DNA of 64,000 nucleotides, taken from NCBI GenBank assembly GCA_958009085.1, contig OY253690.1, positions 124,001-188,000 on the forward strand. Reading direction: 5' to 3'. The DNA is from Protoeuglena noctilucae. Lineage: Eukaryota. The notes under the pieces are model-generated. The model did not search any database and was not told the DNA's origin. It saw only the letters and a list, made by a program, of their open reading frames with translations. Position numbers and translations under genes: made by a program. The stretch's first letter is position 1, and every line of letters begins with the position of its first letter. Shown in pieces: positions 61,263 through 64,000 of the stretch.

Positions 61263-62293
61263 CGCCCGCCGACTTGCGGAAACGGCCCCCGCGCGCCGTC
61301 CACACTGCCCCTGCGCACGTGGTTTTCACGACCGCAGGCGCCGCGCCTGAAGCCCCCGACGCCTGTAGTGCCCATTCCTGCAGCTGCCTCTCCGCTCACC
61401 CGCTGCAGAGACCGGCCTCGAACGCGGCGTAGAACGCCCACCGGACCGCGGGCTGGCCTCGTGTTCCAAGCAGCGCCTCGCTCTCCGATCGCACGCGCGC
61501 GGTCCGCGGCTCGCACTCGCAACTGCTCGGCTGTTGGCGCGAAGTGCCCGGCGAAGTGCCCTACCCAAACCCGGCGCCGGTCCCGAGCCCCACCGTCGAA
61601 GCCCGCCTGCCAGCCTGGCAGGGCAGACCCAGCTTGCGTGCTGTGGCTGGCTGCGCCGTTGTTCCGTGCGTGGCAGCCAACGTGATAGCCACGGTGAGCA
61701 TGCACGGCATTGTCGGGCTCGACGACCCGACCATCGCGCAGTCAGCGGCCCAGGAGCCCCGGGAGCATCTCCCGCAGGGCAAGGCTCGCCAGGCTCTCAG
61801 CTCCTCGGCAGGTCGATGCCCTCCTCGGCGCTTCAAGGACGGCACCCGCGCAAGCTGTTCCTTGTCAGGCAGCCCAAGCTCAGCTTCTCGCAACCCTGCT
61901 ACCGCCAACGCCTCCGCCTTTAAGCAAGCAATGCAGGGTGTGGTCACGTGGCAGGTGCCCACTACGTGTGCTGCCTCAGCTGTGGCCGACGCCTGCCATA
62001 GAGTCCCCGCCCCGCATATCTACGCTGTCTCCGCCTGCTGTCGCTTTGGCGTCGTCGGATGACCCCACGACGACTGTGGGCGGCACGACATCCTGCGACC
62101 AGGGGTGGCTCAGGCACTATGCGACAACGGCACCTTGCGTACACTCTCGCGACGCCAATTACGCCCGCGATGCATCGACCCACACACCGTTGCCAGCCAC
62201 ACCCACGCCCAGTGCCCGTGGCAGTCACAACCTGTCGTTTCATGCACCACGCCCCAGTCACGGACGGTACAATCGCACCCTGCCGTTCCTGGC

Positions 62294-64000
62294 TTACACT
62301 ACTACTCTATCTCGCCCCACGCCCGTCCTCACCACGCTCTCCACGCCCTCCGCCCCCAGCTGCGCCAGGACCTGCGCCTTGACAAAGTCTAGAATGGCCG
62401 GGTCCAGCACCACAGCAGCGCCCGTGCAGCTGACGGCCGAGATGGTCACGCTGCGGCTCGCCACGTTGTGGTGCACCTGCGCCTCGCACGCGACCACGCA
62501 GGCTCGGTCAAGTGCAGGGGATACATGCGCGCACTGAGCATCGGCAACAGCACCGGCACAGCAACAGCCGAGCGGCAACAGAGCTCACAACAGGCCGCGA
62601 ACAGACGCAGGATACGTGCCTGGATGCTCACGCCGTTCGCCACCCCGGAACCCGCGCCAGGGGCCGCTACGCCTGCTACGGGGATGCCTGTCAATGGCAC
62701 GCCCCCACCGCCGAGCGGCCGCCCCTCTGTGTCCCCGCCTTCCGCCTCCACGTGCTCCGTCGGGACGACCACGGCCCACGGGGAAGCGCTGAAGGTGCCG
62801 GGGAACACCCCGGTCGCGTGGGCTTCCCTGGTGGCCGCGTCAGCCCACGCCAGCGCGTGCTCCAGCGTCGGGATGTCCAGCGTCTGCGGGTGATGGGTCA
62901 GCAGCGGCTCGCATGATCGCCAACAGCGATGCATTATATAGTGGGGGACGACGTCAGCAGTGACGTCGGCAGGCCTCGGAATGGGCTGCCTGCTGCCGGA
63001 CCGCATGGCAGCAACGACCACCCTGCACGCAGTAAGCCACAGCACAACATGCCACGGCGCCCAGCTCACCTGCAGGAACCCTAACGACAGTTTCTGCGGC
63101 TTGGCCGGCGGTGGCCGTGCCGGCGCGGCAGGCGGGGCCTGCGCCGCTGCTGGCAAGGGCGGCTCGGCTGCCACCATGACCGCCGCCTGGACGGCTGTGG
63201 CGGGCTGCACTGCCGGCGATGCTTGTGCAGGCGCAGCGGACGTAGATGGCGCAGACGGCGCCGAAGCGATCACATGCGCGGGGGCTGCCGGGGCACTGGC
63301 CAGCGCAGCTGCTGGCTGCGACGCCGCTGCCTGTGGCATGGCTGCCGGCTGGGCTGGGGCTCCCGCAGATGCCAATCCCGGAGCCGCTGCCAGCGCGCCC
63401 TGCCCCTGCGTGGCTGTCGCAGCCTGGGCTGTGATCCCCGGCGGCAAGGGAGTCGTCTTTGCCGTCGGCGGTTGGGGTGCGACCGGGGCTGCAGGCGTTG
63501 GCGCCATAGACACCGGTGTGGCTCCGGTCAGTGCTGGGGGATGCGGGGGGTGCAGGAAGGCGGGGTTCACGGCCTGGTGCATGGGCATGGCCAGGAAGCG
63601 GGACGCGTGGAGGGCCGGCTGGGCCAGGAAGGGGCTGAGTGCTGCAGGGACGGCAGGGAGGGGTGCGAGTGAGTGGAGGCGGGACAGCCGCAGCAGGAGG
63701 CGCACGCGATGCATGTGATCCGACATAACGAGCGCCTCTTGCGCCGTGGGTGGTGGCCGTGAGCCTGGCAGCGTCTCACCCGGTGCCGCCATGGAGTGCG
63801 AGGCCATTGCCATGGGGAAGGGCATCATGGCCACACGGCCATCGGGCAACTGCACGGGGTGGTGGAAGACGCCCGGAGGAGGGGCCACGGACCGAGCCAC
63901 GCGCGTCTCGGCTGCGAGAAAGAAAGCCACAGGGGTCGCACGGCCGTCCTCAGGTGGCCGACAGCGCACCCACGTCGTGCCTCACAGGTTTATAGTCGAC
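62294..64000 (-). CDS. Hypothetical Pro/Ala-rich protein, multi-exon; 5' end uncertain or beyond the window
   Basis: Long open GC-rich frame 62446-63969 with internal donor and acceptor sites (GFLQ|gtgagc at ~63070; cag|TLDIPTLEHAL at ~62885). The probable last exon ends at 62294. No domain recognised. Confidence 0.5.

Noticed and set aside
1..64000. tRNA, rRNA or snRNA genes
   Set aside because: None recognised by eye; a covariance-model search would be required.

Overview
This is 64 kb of GC-rich eukaryotic nuclear DNA with spliceosomal introns, most likely from a green alga (inferred from a plastid-targeted LCI2/At1g42960-type gene, a plant-type CDKD and GC-rich codons). About 15 genes are present: anoctamin/TMEM16-like (-, runs off the left edge), small plastid protein (+), CDK7/CDKD (-), hypothetical (-), USP12/46 (+), DUF1640/FMP32 (-), PRP28/DDX23 (+), coiled-coil/IQ/PH protein (-), bacterial-type NADPH-dependent F420-reductase-like protein (+), THADA/Trm732 (-), a Pro/Ala-rich hypothetical (-) and four dispersed F-box-ankyrin paralogues, three of them frameshifted. 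The most striking signal is in the long introns of the four large genes. They are stacked with partial copies ('echoes') of the adjacent exon end plus its splice site, and in the best-aligned cases these differ from the real exon mostly at synonymous codon positions, which neutral decay of a duplicate does not predict. GC-AG introns are also unusually frequent. Exon boundaries were read by eye, and several start codons are uncertain.
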